The notes under the pieces: generated by a model | Seen by the model: only the letters and a program-made list of their open reading frames with translations | What the model was told of the DNA's origin: nothing | The model's database searches: none | Made by a program: the position numbers and the translations under genes | Shown: positions 48,006-58,199 of the stretch, one piece after another | Layout: each line of letters begins with the position of its first letter | Numbering within the stretch: the first letter of the stretch is position 1 | From: an uncultured Lachnospiraceae bacterium | GTDB lineage: Bacteria; Bacillota; Clostridia; Lachnospirales; Lachnospiraceae | Reading direction: 5' to 3' | Assembly (NCBI GenBank): GCA_905203555.1 | Contig: CAJKWK010000003.1 | Location: 32,032 to 96,031 of the forward strand | Length of the DNA: 64,000 nucleotides

Positions 48006-49679
48006 CTATTGATTCTTTGGTATTTCTAAGATTGCCCCACGATTTCCTGATGTCACCATGGACGCATATCTTGCCAAATATCCAGTAGTTACTTTCGGTT
48101 CTCTTGGCTGCCATTTCTTTCTTCTCTCTGCAAGTTCCTCATCAGATACTGCAATCTCCAGTTTCAATTCCGGAATATTAATTCGGATCAGATCTCCTTC
48201 TTCCACAAGCGCAATCGGGCCACCCACTGCCGCTTCCGGAGACACGTGTCCGATGGATGCCCCTCTGGATGCACCGCTGAAACGTCCATCTGTAATCAAT
48301 GCAACAGAAGAACCCAATCCCATTCCTGCAATCGCAGAAGTCGGATTCAGCATCTCACGCATTCCAGGTCCACCTTTTGGTCCTTCATAGCGAATAACAA
48401 CGACATCTCCCGGATTAATTTTTCCACCTTTAATTGCATCAATCGCATCCTCTTCGCAATCAAATACTCTGGCCGGTCCTTCATGAACTAACATTTCATC
48501 TACAACAGCAGAACGCTTTACAACGCTTCCATCTGGTGCCAGATTTCCTTTTAATACAGCAAGCCCGCCGGTTGTACTGTATGGATTCTCTACCGGGCGA
48601 ATTACTTCCGGATTACGATTTTTTGCATTTTCAATATTTTCTCCAACTGTTTTTCCAGTAACAGTCATACATTCTGTATGTAACAAGCCCAGCTTATTCA
48701 GTTCGTTCATTACTGCGGAAACACCGCCTGCCTCATTCAAATCTTCCATATACGTCGGACCGGCAGGTGCTAGATGACACAGATTCGGTGTTTTCTCACT
48801 GATTCCATTGGCAAAATCAATCTCAAAGTCCATTCCAATCTCATGGGCAATAGCCGGTAAATGCAGCATACTATTTGTAGAACATCCAAGCGCCATATCT
48901 ACCGTTAATGCATTTAAAATTGCATCTTCTGTCATAATATCTCTTGGACGGATATTGTTTTTCACCATTTCCATCACTTGCATACCTGCATGTTTCGCAA
49001 GCTGGATTCTGGCAGAATAAACCGCCGGTATCGTACCATTTCCCGGCAATCCCATACCAAGGGCTTCTGTCAGGCAGTTCATACTATTAGCTGTGTACAT
49101 TCCGGAACAGGAACCGCACGTCGGACACACTTTATTTTCAAATTCACAAACATCCTCTTCCGTCATTGTTCCGGCAGCATAAGAACCAACAGCTTCAAAC
49201 ATGCTGGATAAACTTCTCTTCTGTCCTTTTACACGCCCTGCAAGCATTGGACCACCACTGACAAATACTGTCGGAATATTAACTCTGGCAGCCGCCATTA
49301 AAAGCCCGGGTACATTTTTGTCACAATTTGGAATCATTACCAATCCATCAAACTGATGCGCCATTGCAAGAGCCTCTGTGGAATCTGCAATCAAATCTCT
49401 TGTCACCAGTGAATACTTCATTCCAATATGTCCCATTGCAATTCCATCACAAACTGCAATTGCAGGAACCATGATCGGAGTTCCTCCTGCCATTGCAACG
49501 CCCATTTTTACGGCATCACAAATCTTATCCAGATTCATATGTCCGGGAACAATTTCATTATAAGAACAAACAACACCAATCAACGGTCTGTCCAATTCTT
49601 CCTGTGTCATTCCCAACGCATGAAACAGCGAGCGGTGAGGTGCCTGCTGCATTCCCTTTGTAACTGTATCACTTCTCAT
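48006..49679 (-). CDS. ilvD: dihydroxy-acid dehydratase
   Basis: [18 protein letters not shown]...CDGIAMGH...[10 protein letters not shown]...[17 protein letters not shown]...[12 protein letters not shown]. Confidence 0.94.
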   Translation of the reverse strand: MRSDTVTKGMQQAPHRSLFHALGMTQEELDRPLIGVVCSYNEIVPGHMNLDKICDAVKMGVAMAGGTPIMVPAIAVCDGIAMGHIGMKYSLVTRDLIADSTEALAMAHQFDGLVMIPNCDKNVPGLLMAAARVNIPTVFVSGGPMLAGRVKGQKRSLSSMFEAVGSYAAGTMTEEDVCEFENKVCPTCGSCSGMYTANSMNCLTEALGMGLPGNGTIPAVYSARIQLAKHAGMQVMEMVKNNIRPRDIMTEDAILNALTVDMALGCSTNSMLHLPAIAHEIGMDFEIDFANGISEKTPNLCHLAPAGPTYMEDLNEAGGVSAVMNELNKLGLLHTECMTVTGKTVGENIENAKNRNPEVIRPVENPYSTTGGLAVLKGNLAPDGSVVKRSAVVDEMLVHEGPARVFDCEEDAIDAIKGGKINPGDVVVIRYEGPKGGPGMREMLNPTSAIAGMGLGSSVALITDGRFSGASRGASIGHVSPEAAVGGPIALVEEGDLIRINIPELKLEIAVSDEELAERRKKWQPREPKVTTGYLARYASMVTSGNRGAILEIPKNQ

Positions 49680-49701
49680 ATGTATAGCCTCACTTTCCTG
49701 A

Positions 49702-50787
49702 TTATATTATATTGTTACAGATTTTATCACCCATTTCAGAAGTACCAATCTGTATTTTACCTTCTGACATAATATCAATTGTCCGATATCCTTCTTCCAA
49801 TACACGTTCGATTGCATTTTCGATTGCACTTGCTTCCTTATCCAGATCAAAGGAAAATCTCAACATCATTGCCGCCGAAAGAATCGTTGCTATCGGATTT
49901 GCAATTCCTTTTCCTGCAATATCAGGAGCTGAGCCTCCACTTGGCTCATACAATCCAAACTTCGTCTCATTCAAACTTGCAGATGCAAGCATACCGATCG
50001 AACCTGTAACCATACTTGCTTCATCTGACAAAATATCTCCAAACATGTTCTCTGTCAAAATCACATCAAACTGTCTTGGATCTTTTACCAGCTGCATTGC
50101 ACAATTATCCACCAGCATATGCTCAAGTTTTACTTCCGGATAATCTCCGGCAACTTCTTCCACAACTTTTCTCCATAATCTGGAAGAATCTAATACGTTT
50201 GCTTTATCGACACTGGTCACCTTTTTCCGCCGTTTCATTGCAATATCAAATGCCCTTCTTGCAATCCTTCGAATCTCATTTTCATTGTATGTAAGCGAAT
50301 CACAAGCAGTTAAAACTCCGTCAATTTCTTCTGTAGAACGTGCCCCAAAATAGAGTCCCCCGGTCAGTTCACGCATGATCATCATATCAAATCCGCCCTC
50401 TGTGATTTCCTCTTTCAGAGGACATGCACCCTTCAACTCGTCATACAACACTGCCGGCCGCAAATTTGCAAACAGATTCAATTCTTTTCTAATCTGTAGA
50501 AGACCTGCCTCCGGCCTCTTCGAAGGTTCTAACTGGTACCAGGGTGATGTCTTAGCATCCCCGCCTATCGAGCCCATCAAAACAGCATCACTTTTCTTAG
50601 CCAGTTGAATCGTCTCTTCTGTCAACGGAACACCATGAACATCAATAGAAGCCCCTCCCATTAGAAGCTGCGTATACTGAAACTCATGACCGTATAATTC
50701 TCCAACCTTATCCAATACTTTCATGGCTTCTGTTACAATCTCTGGACCAATCCCGTCTCCTTTGATCACACCTATATTCAGCTTCAT
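49702..50787 (-). CDS. leuB: 3-isopropylmalate dehydrogenase
   Basis: [17 protein letters not shown]...[13 protein letters not shown]...[20 protein letters not shown]...[13 protein letters not shown]. Confidence 0.93.
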   Translation of the reverse strand: MKLNIGVIKGDGIGPEIVTEAMKVLDKVGELYGHEFQYTQLLMGGASIDVHGVPLTEETIQLAKKSDAVLMGSIGGDAKTSPWYQLEPSKRPEAGLLQIRKELNLFANLRPAVLYDELKGACPLKEEITEGGFDMMIMRELTGGLYFGARSTEEIDGVLTACDSLTYNENEIRRIARRAFDIAMKRRKKVTSVDKANVLDSSRLWRKVVEEVAGDYPEVKLEHMLVDNCAMQLVKDPRQFDVILTENMFGDILSDEASMVTGSIGMLASASLNETKFGLYEPSGGSAPDIAGKGIANPIATILSAAMMLRFSFDLDKEASAIENAIERVLEEGYRTIDIMSEGKIQIGTSEMGDKICNNII

Positions 50788-50827
50788 TTCTGCCTCATCC
50801 TTCCTTATTCCAAAAACTTTTCTATTT

Positions 50828-50856
50828 ATAATACCCTATTTCCAGACACATTTCAA
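50828..50856 (-). promoter_or_regulatory. candidate sigma-A promoter of the leuB-ilvD-ilvB-serC-serA string
   Basis: Minus strand reads TTGAAA, 17-nt spacer, TATTAT, about 40 nt upstream of the leuB ATG. The leader is too short for a T-box. Confidence 0.4.
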
Positions 50857-50928
50857 CCCTTTAATACGTGAAAGTGTTTTGTTTTCTTTTTCGTTTCCGA
50901 ATTTCAAAACAACATCCCCCGGACATTT

Positions 50929-50960
50929 AAAAAAAAACCGGAAGCCATAACGCCTCCGGT
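50929..50960 (-). terminator. intrinsic terminator after yajC
   Basis: Minus strand reads AACCGGAGGCGttatGGCTTCCGGTT followed by TTTTTTTTT. Confidence 0.75.
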
Positions 50961-50974
50961 TCTTTACACTCACA

Positions 50975-51277
50975 TTATTCAGCACTTGGTTTTTCCAACT
51001 GTGCGATTGCTGCTTTCTGCATCGGGATACGGCAGTTCTTATTATTACCAAACTCAACAATTACATCTTCGTCTGTAATATCAATGATTACACCGTAAAA
51101 TCCACTTGTTGTCAGAACAGTATCTCCAACTTCCATTGTGGAAAGCATTGCCTGAATTCTTTTTTGCTCTTTCTTTTGCGGGCGCATCAAAAGGAACCAC
51201 ATTCCTCCGAGGATTACTGCATAAACTAAAATGATAGTAATCATACTGCCACCGCCTGAAGCTAATAAACCATACAT
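50975..51277 (-). CDS. yajC: preprotein translocase subunit YajC
   Basis: 100 aa with a single TM segment and FLLMRPQKKEQKR...GDTVLTTSGFYGVI. Lies downstream of tgt, the conserved order. Confidence 0.88.
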   Translation of the reverse strand: MYGLLASGGGSMITIILVYAVILGGMWFLLMRPQKKEQKRIQAMLSTMEVGDTVLTTSGFYGVIIDITDEDVIVEFGNNKNCRIPMQKAAIAQLEKPSAE

Positions 51278-51372
51278 GTTACTTCCTCCTAACTACTTCT
51301 TTAAGCAATACTATACATTATACACAAACCTTGTACATTCTTCAACATATTTTTGCTTAAATATATAAAAAC

Positions 51373-52503
51373 TCAATTCTTTTGAAGCACACCTTCTAAT
51401 TTTTTCTTCTTATAATCCTTATAACAGCCGGCCTCAATCGCTTCGCGAATCTCTTCCATCATCGTATTATAGAAATACAAATTATGCAACACACAGAGAC
51501 GCATACCTAACATTTCTTTAGCTTTTAATAAATGTCTGATATATGCCCTGCTGTAACTTCTGCACGCCGGACATTGACACCCTTCTTCTATCGGCCGCTC
51601 ATCCAGTTCATACTTCGCATTGAATAAATTCAGTTTTCCATGATTGGTATATACATGTCCATGTCTTCCATTTCTTGTAGGATATACACAGTCAAAAAAA
51701 TCAACTCCGCGGTCAACACCTTCCAGTATATTTGCAGGTGTTCCGACTCCCATCAGATATGTCGGTTTGTTTTCCGGAAGTTCCGGTACAACCGCATCCA
51801 GAATACGGTACATATCCTCATGACTTTCGCCTACTGCCAAACCACCAACCGCATATCCATCCAGATCCAAAGCCGCAATCTGACGGGCGTGTTCCACACG
51901 AATATCTTCATAGACACCGCCCTGATTAATTCCAAACAACAACTGTTTTTGATTGATCGTATCAGGCAGACCGTTCAGACGCTCCATTTCTGCTTTACAT
52001 CGTTTCAGCCATCTGGTTGTTCTTGCTACTGATTGCTCAATATATGCCCGTTCTGCTACACTGGACGGACATTCATCAAGTGCCATTGCAATTGTCGATG
52101 CCAGATTTGACTGAATCTGCATACTCTCCTCCGGCCCCATAAAAATTTTCCTTCCATCTATATGGGAATGGAAATGTACTCCTTCTTCTTTGATTTTTCT
52201 CAATCCTGCAAGGGAAAACACCTGAAATCCGCCGGAATCGGTCAGAATCGGTCGATCCCAATTCATAAACTTATGGAGTCCGCCTAACTGTTTGATTACA
52301 CGATCTCCGGTTCGCACATGCAAATGATACGTATTGGACAATTCCACCTGCGTTTTAATTTGACGCAGATCATCCGTAGAAACAGCGCCTTTGATCGCAG
52401 CAACCGTTCCCACATTCATAAAAACCGGTGTCTCGATCGTTCCGTGAACGGTATGCAGACGTCCGCGTTTTGCCATTCCGTCCTTTTTTATAATTTCGTA
52501 CAT
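51373..52503 (-). CDS. tgt: tRNA-guanosine(34) transglycosylase
   Basis: From the ATG at 52503 (SD AGAGGAAAGAGG): MYEIIKKDGMAKRGRLHTVHGTIETPVFMNVGT...LTDSGGFQV...YLMGVG, with zinc motif CQCPACRSYSRAYIRHL. The track's longer start overlaps the upstream gene. Confidence 0.94.
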   Translation of the reverse strand: MYEIIKKDGMAKRGRLHTVHGTIETPVFMNVGTVAAIKGAVSTDDLRQIKTQVELSNTYHLHVRTGDRVIKQLGGLHKFMNWDRPILTDSGGFQVFSLAGLRKIKEEGVHFHSHIDGRKIFMGPEESMQIQSNLASTIAMALDECPSSVAERAYIEQSVARTTRWLKRCKAEMERLNGLPDTINQKQLLFGINQGGVYEDIRVEHARQIAALDLDGYAVGGLAVGESHEDMYRILDAVVPELPENKPTYLMGVGTPANILEGVDRGVDFFDCVYPTRNGRHGHVYTNHGKLNLFNAKYELDERPIEEGCQCPACRSYSRAYIRHLLKAKEMLGMRLCVLHNLYFYNTMMEEIREAIEAGCYKDYKKKKLEGVLQKN

Positions 52504-52531
52504 AATAACCTCTTTCCTCTTTTTTACAAAT

Positions 52532-54118
52532 TTAATAATGGACGATCGCCGGTGTTCCCATTGGCAGCATATTATACAATGCTCCCGCCATATCATACGG
52601 CATATTAATACATCCATGTGAGCCGACACCCGGAATTTGATTCAGTGTGCCGCCAAAAGCCGATTGCCATGTAGCATCATGAAATCCGATACCGGACCAG
52701 GTAATACGCATCCAATATGAAACCGGGGTTTCGTATTCCGGTTTGCCGGTGCCGGGCACAATATCCCCGACTAACGTCTTATTTTGCTGCATTTCCTTTA
52801 CAAACCATACTCCCTGAGTAGTTTCCTTGGCAGGAATTGGCTCTCCTGTTACAACATCTGTCTCGAGGGCAACCGCTCCGTCAACAATAAACCACATATG
52901 CTGCGCAGACAGATCCACTTCCAGATAGGTAGTCCCCCAATCCTGCGGTCCATGAGACGCCGCTGTTCCGCCATCATAATATGCCGGCTCCTTTGTAACG
53001 ACTTCGCCGTTTTTAATGCTGGCTACCAAGGCAGCAAACTCTGTATCTTCATCGATTGACCATCCATAGTCTCCACCGCTTACTTCTGCAGTTTTTCCCC
53101 AAGGGCTGGTAATTGTTCTTGTACCACCCATCGTATCGTATTTCTCGCCAAAGGCAGATAACCATTCCTTAACAGCAGTTTCATTGAAGATCACCTGCAT
53201 TTTATCATCTACTGTCAGCCATGTGGAAATCAATTCCTTATCTACAATTACATTTTCATCCATAGTGTAGGTAATACTTGCTTTTAAATATTGATTCATT
53301 GCTGTACATGCTGCTTCTACTTCCTTTGAATCAGAAGTATACTTGGGAAGTGCATAGCATTTTTCCTTTTCCATATAAAGCTCCGGCTGAAAAGCTGCAA
53401 TCGCTTCATGAATCTTCTTTTGTAAAACTTCCATATCCACTGCTGTTCCCAACTGTTCCGGTTCTACAACAAACTTCTCCCCATCGTACTTCGGATATGC
53501 ATTCACTGCCGGAATCTGCTCTGCTGTTACTGATTGAAGTTCAGCAATCTTCTGATTCAATGCCTTCTCATCATATGTAACATCTACTACCACTTGTGTA
53601 GAACTTTCCGCAAAAAATGCCATAGGCCATAAAAATGCATTTTGTTTTTTCAATGCATCCTCTATATCATTATTTTTCTTATATTCCAAAGATATGTCCG
53701 ATCCCAAAATGGTATCTTTCTTGTTGTCTTTCTCATAAACAGTCAGTTCATATCCCTGCACTTCTTTTTTCATAAAAGATTCCACATCAGCTGCTGTTTT
53801 TCCAGAAAAAGAATGTCCGTTAATCTCTGTATTGATATAAAAATGACTCATAAAGAAAATCGAGATACCTATATAAACAGCCGCAATCACACCTACGATA
53901 CTGCCAATAATAATACCAATCTTTTTTCGATTTCTCTTTTTCGGAACAAGCTCTTCATCTTCTATTTCATCATATTCTTCTATCTCATATTCACCTTCAT
54001 CTTCTGATGCATCATCCAGTTCTTCATCGTCCTCATCCAGCCAGTAATCCTCATCAAGAAAAAGGACTTCGTCTTCTATGTTCTGCTTATCCTTCTGCTT
54101 TTTATTTTTTTTGCTCAT
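52532..54118 (-). CDS. L,D-transpeptidase (YkuD) family protein with an acidic cytoplasmic tail, one TM segment and extracellular peptidoglycan-associated repeats
   Basis: C-terminal YkuD catalytic motif GFHDATWQ...GSHGCINMP. TM segment IGIIIGSIVGVIAAVYIGISIFF. N-terminal D/E-rich stretch. Confidence 0.8.
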   Translation of the reverse strand: MSKKNKKQKDKQNIEDEVLFLDEDYWLDEDDEELDDASEDEGEYEIEEYDEIEDEELVPKKRNRKKIGIIIGSIVGVIAAVYIGISIFFMSHFYINTEINGHSFSGKTAADVESFMKKEVQGYELTVYEKDNKKDTILGSDISLEYKKNNDIEDALKKQNAFLWPMAFFAESSTQVVVDVTYDEKALNQKIAELQSVTAEQIPAVNAYPKYDGEKFVVEPEQLGTAVDMEVLQKKIHEAIAAFQPELYMEKEKCYALPKYTSDSKEVEAACTAMNQYLKASITYTMDENVIVDKELISTWLTVDDKMQVIFNETAVKEWLSAFGEKYDTMGGTRTITSPWGKTAEVSGGDYGWSIDEDTEFAALVASIKNGEVVTKEPAYYDGGTAASHGPQDWGTTYLEVDLSAQHMWFIVDGAVALETDVVTGEPIPAKETTQGVWFVKEMQQNKTLVGDIVPGTGKPEYETPVSYWMRITWSGIGFHDATWQSAFGGTLNQIPGVGSHGCINMPYDMAGALYNMLPMGTPAIVHY

Positions 54119-54318
54119 ATAGTATTACTCCCTTTATTTTACTCAATATCTAGCCATTATTATATTATGTATCTTAGAAATTGTACAGTAAATTTCTCGG
54201 ATTTAAATGAAAATTAAGGATTCCCTGATAAAACAATTTTTTTCATGTTCAAGTTGCAATATAAAAGCGTATGAGATATACTTTTTCTATCTATTTTTTA
54301 CAGAAAGAAGGAAAAACT

Positions 54319-55419
54319 ATGAGTGGTTCATCATTTGGAAAACTATTCCGCATTACAACCTGGGGAGAATCTCATGGTGCAGCCATTGGTGTTGTCATCG
54401 ATGGATGCCCTGCCGGACTTGCTCTTACAGCAGACGATATTCAAGTATTTTTAGACCGCCGGAAACCCGGCCAAAGCAAATATGCAACAAAACGCCAGGA
54501 AGGAGATACCGTAGAAATACTGTCCGGAATCTTTGAAGGACGAACTACAGGTACACCAATTTCACTTTTAATACGAAATCAGGATCAGCGTTCTCATGAT
54601 TATGGTAATATCGCTTCTGTTTATCGTCCGGGACATGCCGACTATACATACGATGCAAAATATGGTTTCCGCGATTATCATTACGGCGGTCCATCTTCCG
54701 TTCGAGAAACAATCGGCCGCACTGCAGCCGGAGCAGTTGCTGCTCTGATTTTAAAAGAACTCGGTATCACATTAACCGCATATTCAAAAGGAATTGGACC
54801 GGTTGTATTAGATACATCCGAATATCATTATGATGAAATCATGCAGAACCCTTTATACATGCCGAATAATTCACGCGCTCAGGAGGCCTCTGCTTATTTG
54901 GACCGCATGATGCAGAATCTGGATTCCTCCGGTGGAATCATAGAATGCGTTGTAAACGGCATGCCTGCCGGAATCGGAGAACCTGTCTTTGAAAAACTGG
55001 ACGCTGTACTTTCTCAGGCAATCACCTCCATCGGCGCCGTTAAAGCAATTGAATTCGGTGATGGCTACCAGGTTTCTGCTTCCAACGGCAGCAAAAATAA
55101 TGACGCATTTTATATCCACGAAGATGGAAGTGTCCAAAAAGAAACCAACCATGCAGGGGGAATTTTAGGCGGTATGAGTGACGGTTCCAGTATTGTACTT
55201 CGTGCCTATATCAAACCAACACCATCCATTGCCCAGCCGCAGAATACGATTACTACAACCGGTGAAAATACAGAAATTATCATCAAAGGCCGACATGATC
55301 CTATTATCGTTCCACGTGCTGTTGTTGTAGTAGAATCTATGACTGCAATCACGCTGGTGGATCTTCTTCTGCAGAATATGAGCTGCAAACTGGATTCTGT
55401 CAAGGATTTCTATCAGTAG
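54319..55419 (+). CDS. aroC: chorismate synthase
   Basis: From the ATG at 54319: MSGSSFGKLFRITTWGESHGAAIGVVIDGCPAG...RPGHADYTYDAKYG...IKGRHDP. Confidence 0.9.
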   Translation: MSGSSFGKLFRITTWGESHGAAIGVVIDGCPAGLALTADDIQVFLDRRKPGQSKYATKRQEGDTVEILSGIFEGRTTGTPISLLIRNQDQRSHDYGNIASVYRPGHADYTYDAKYGFRDYHYGGPSSVRETIGRTAAGAVAALILKELGITLTAYSKGIGPVVLDTSEYHYDEIMQNPLYMPNNSRAQEASAYLDRMMQNLDSSGGIIECVVNGMPAGIGEPVFEKLDAVLSQAITSIGAVKAIEFGDGYQVSASNGSKNNDAFYIHEDGSVQKETNHAGGILGGMSDGSSIVLRAYIKPTPSIAQPQNTITTTGENTEIIIKGRHDPIIVPRAVVVVESMTAITLVDLLLQNMSCKLDSVKDFYQ

Positions 55420-55443
55420 CCACACCAAATGGGACTATCCTGC

Positions 55444-55504
55444 AAAAAAGAGAACACTGTCCAACACTTGATAAGCTCCTTATTGGACAATGCTCTCTTT
55501 TTTC
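55444..55504. terminator. bidirectional terminator between the convergent aroC and potD genes
   Basis: AAAAAAGAGAACACTGTCCAAcacttgataagctccttaTTGGACAATGCTCTCTTTTTT. Confidence 0.7.
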
Positions 55505-55510
55505 TTACTT

Positions 55511-56569
55511 TTATTCTGCTTTCAACTGTTTCCACAATTCATTTTCTAAAGCCAGAATCTCAGGAGACTGCTGCACACATACTTCACAATTCTCAGTTAT
55601 CTCATCTGCCGGAACCAATGTTTCATCTTTACGCTCCTCTTCAGACAAGGATTCAATAACAGCCTCATTCGGGGTAGAATAATATATATATTCAAAATTC
55701 ATCTGAGCTACATCTTCTCTGCAGAGAAAATCCAAAAACTGCATTGCCATATCGAGATTTTTACAGTTTTTTGTCACTCCCCATGAATCCTGCCATACCT
55801 GTGAACCTTCTTTTGGAACAACATACTCCAGATTTCCATTATATTCTCTTCCCAAATATGCTTCTCCGGAATACACCAGCGCCATCGCAGCATTGCCTGC
55901 AACTACTTCATCACGAGCTTCATCCACCAGATATGCCTGTACATCCGGTTTCTGTTTCGTCAGAAGGTCATACGCCTGACGGATTTCATTTTCATCGTTG
56001 GTATTCACTGAATATCCCAATGCCTTCAACGCTACAGATAATGTATCGCGCATACTGTTCTGCATAATCACTTCTCCGGCATATTCCCCATCAAACAATA
56101 CATCCCAACTATCAACCGGTCCTTTCACCTTAGTCTTATCATAGAGGATTCCTACAGTTCCCCAAAAATATGGAACCGTATACTTATTCTCCGGGTCAAA
56201 AGCTTTTGAAAAATCCCAATATTTTTCTCCAATATTTCCCGCATTCTCCATAGATTCAATATCAATTTCCTGAAGTTCTCCTTCTTGGATTAACTTTTCA
56301 ATCATATAATCCGTAGAGCAAAGCAAATCATACTCAATGGCTCCTGATTTGTACTTCGTGTACATTTCTTCCGGTGTCAATGCTTCTTCGTACTTCACTT
56401 CAATCCCTGTTTCATCATAGAACATATCCAACACCGCCGGATCCATATATTCTCCATAATTAAACACCGTAAGCGTTCCTTTTTTTTCCTTTGAACCACC
56501 GCATCCTGTTGCAAGCAGTCCTACTCCCAGTGCCAGCGCCATAACTGCACATAAAACTCTTTTTTTCAT
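55511..56569 (-). CDS. potD: spermidine/putrescine ABC transporter substrate-binding lipoprotein
   Basis: Lipobox LLATGCGG and a PotD-like body. The ATG at 56569 has SD AAGGAGAGGG; the track start is a TTG 6 nt upstream. Confidence 0.87.
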   Translation of the reverse strand: MKKRVLCAVMALALGVGLLATGCGGSKEKKGTLTVFNYGEYMDPAVLDMFYDETGIEVKYEEALTPEEMYTKYKSGAIEYDLLCSTDYMIEKLIQEGELQEIDIESMENAGNIGEKYWDFSKAFDPENKYTVPYFWGTVGILYDKTKVKGPVDSWDVLFDGEYAGEVIMQNSMRDTLSVALKALGYSVNTNDENEIRQAYDLLTKQKPDVQAYLVDEARDEVVAGNAAMALVYSGEAYLGREYNGNLEYVVPKEGSQVWQDSWGVTKNCKNLDMAMQFLDFLCREDVAQMNFEYIYYSTPNEAVIESLSEEERKDETLVPADEITENCEVCVQQSPEILALENELWKQLKAE

Positions 56570-56571
56570 AA

Positions 56572-57369
56572 TCAAGCCCTCTCCTTTACTGTTTTGCTCT
56601 TTCTCTGAGGAAGATAATTCGCTGCAAGTAACAAAACAAAAACAAATGCAAAAATAATCGTTGACAATGCATACATTTCCGGTTTGATACCCTTTCGTAT
56701 TTCGCCATAGATCATCGTAGACAATGTGTTTACTCCCGGACCCTTTGTAAAATAAGTAATCACAAAATCATCCATCGACATCGTAAATGCCATAAAAAAT
56801 CCGGACACGATTCCCCCTGTCAACTGAGGAAGAATTACTTTAAAAAATCCGTAAACTGCATTTGCTCCCAAATCTCTCGCCGCCTCATACACACTCAGAT
56901 TCATCTGCTGGATTTTCGGCATAACACTTAAAATCACGTAAGGAATATTAAATGTAATATGTGCCAGCAGCACACTTCCAAATCCAAGTGGAATAAAACG
57001 TACAAACCAAAGCATCAGCGCAATTCCCGTAACGATGTCTGCATTCACCATTGGAATATTGGTAAACACCATTGCAATCTGATAGTTTTTTTGACGCATT
57101 GCATGAATCCCAAGCGCTCCGATCACGCCGATCAAGGTAGCAATCAGTGCCGAAACAGTTGCCAGCACCAATGTTGTTGTCAGCGCTTCTGATATCTGAC
57201 GATTCGAGAACAACCGCACATACCAGTTTAATGTAAAACCGCCCCATTTCACACGTGACCGAGAATTATTAAAAGAAAGTACGATCAACACCATAATCGG
57301 AGCATATAAGAATAATATAATCAATCCGAGATAAAACCGACTGACCCAGTCCTTTATTCTTTCTACCAT
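56572..57369 (-). CDS. potC: spermidine/putrescine ABC transporter permease
   Basis: 6-TM BPD-type permease with EAA loop YEAARDLGANAVYGFFKVILP. Start and stop overlap the neighbouring genes. Confidence 0.87.
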   Translation of the reverse strand: MVERIKDWVSRFYLGLIILFLYAPIMVLIVLSFNNSRSRVKWGGFTLNWYVRLFSNRQISEALTTTLVLATVSALIATLIGVIGALGIHAMRQKNYQIAMVFTNIPMVNADIVTGIALMLWFVRFIPLGFGSVLLAHITFNIPYVILSVMPKIQQMNLSVYEAARDLGANAVYGFFKVILPQLTGGIVSGFFMAFTMSMDDFVITYFTKGPGVNTLSTMIYGEIRKGIKPEMYALSTIIFAFVFVLLLAANYLPQRKSKTVKERA

Positions 57370-58199
57370 ATCGCGGACCCCTTCCCTTCTGCATCATGTT
57401 TCATTGTAAACGCCATACTGATTAAAACGAATATCATCAGTGACACTGACAAACCTGAACCCAGATGCCAATTCATACTCTTTGTAAATTCCTGTTCAAT
57501 AATATTTCCAACCAACTGCAGTTTTCCTCCGCCTAAAATATCAGATACGACAAATGACGTCATAGACGGAACAAATACCATGACAATTCCACTCAGCAGT
57601 CCCGGAACAGATAACGGAAAAATAATTTTTCTAAAAATAGTCAGACTTCCAGCCCCCAAATCTTTTGCCGCTTCAATAATATCTTCATCAATTTCCGCTA
57701 TTGCATTGAAAATCGGCAGCACCATATAGGGCAGATAATCATATACCATTCCAATCATAATTGCCGTTCCGGAATTTGCAATCGCTAAAGGCTCCAGGCC
57801 AATCTTTTGCAACAGAAAATTCAAAATTCCATTATTCGACAAGATCATCTGCCATGCCAGAATACGCAATATGAAGTTCATCCACATGGGCAGAATCAAA
57901 ATAAATAATGCAAATCCCTGTTTTCCCAGATTCAACCGCCTCATTGCCATAACCAAAGGATAAGACAAAAGAATACAGATGAACGTACTTCCGATTGCTA
58001 TCTGAAGAGAAAATATCAACGCTTTTAAATGAACCGGATCTAAAATTGCAGTAATCTGCGATACAGTAAACGCGCCGCTTTCATCTGTAAAAGCATATCG
58101 AAAAATCATAATCATCGGTATCACAGTAAAACCTATGATCCAGACTATATACGGAGAAGCTAACCAGCTTCTTTTATTGATACTTTTTACTCTATTCAT
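57363..58199 (-). CDS. potB: spermidine/putrescine ABC transporter permease
   Basis: Permease with EAA loop IEAAKDLGAGSLTIFRKIIFP. Overlaps both potA and potC. Confidence 0.87.
   Translation of the reverse strand: MNRVKSINKRSWLASPYIVWIIGFTVIPMIMIFRYAFTDESGAFTVSQITAILDPVHLKALIFSLQIAIGSTFICILLSYPLVMAMRRLNLGKQGFALFILILPMWMNFILRILAWQMILSNNGILNFLLQKIGLEPLAIANSGTAIMIGMVYDYLPYMVLPIFNAIAEIDEDIIEAAKDLGAGSLTIFRKIIFPLSVPGLLSGIVMVFVPSMTSFVVSDILGGGKLQLVGNIIEQEFTKSMNWHLGSGLSVSLMIFVLISMAFTMKHDAEGKGSAIW

Noticed and set aside
47995-48114. N-terminally extended ORF-track starts for ilvB (48114), tgt (52629), potA (59304), aroC (54271), nnr (24027), serA (45228), the small ThrE subunit (33710), the chromate transporter halves (6085, 6681), icd (28142) and others.
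   Set aside because: The extensions overlap the upstream gene, lack an SD and add non-conserved residues. In each case an internal ATG with a strong GGAGG-type SD yields the canonical family N-terminus.
54670-54720. aroC has RDYHYGGPSSVRET where many chorismate synthases have RDYRGGGRSSARET.
   Set aside because: Clostridial enzymes are known to vary in this segment, and the rest of the protein is well conserved. I cannot judge its significance without an alignment.
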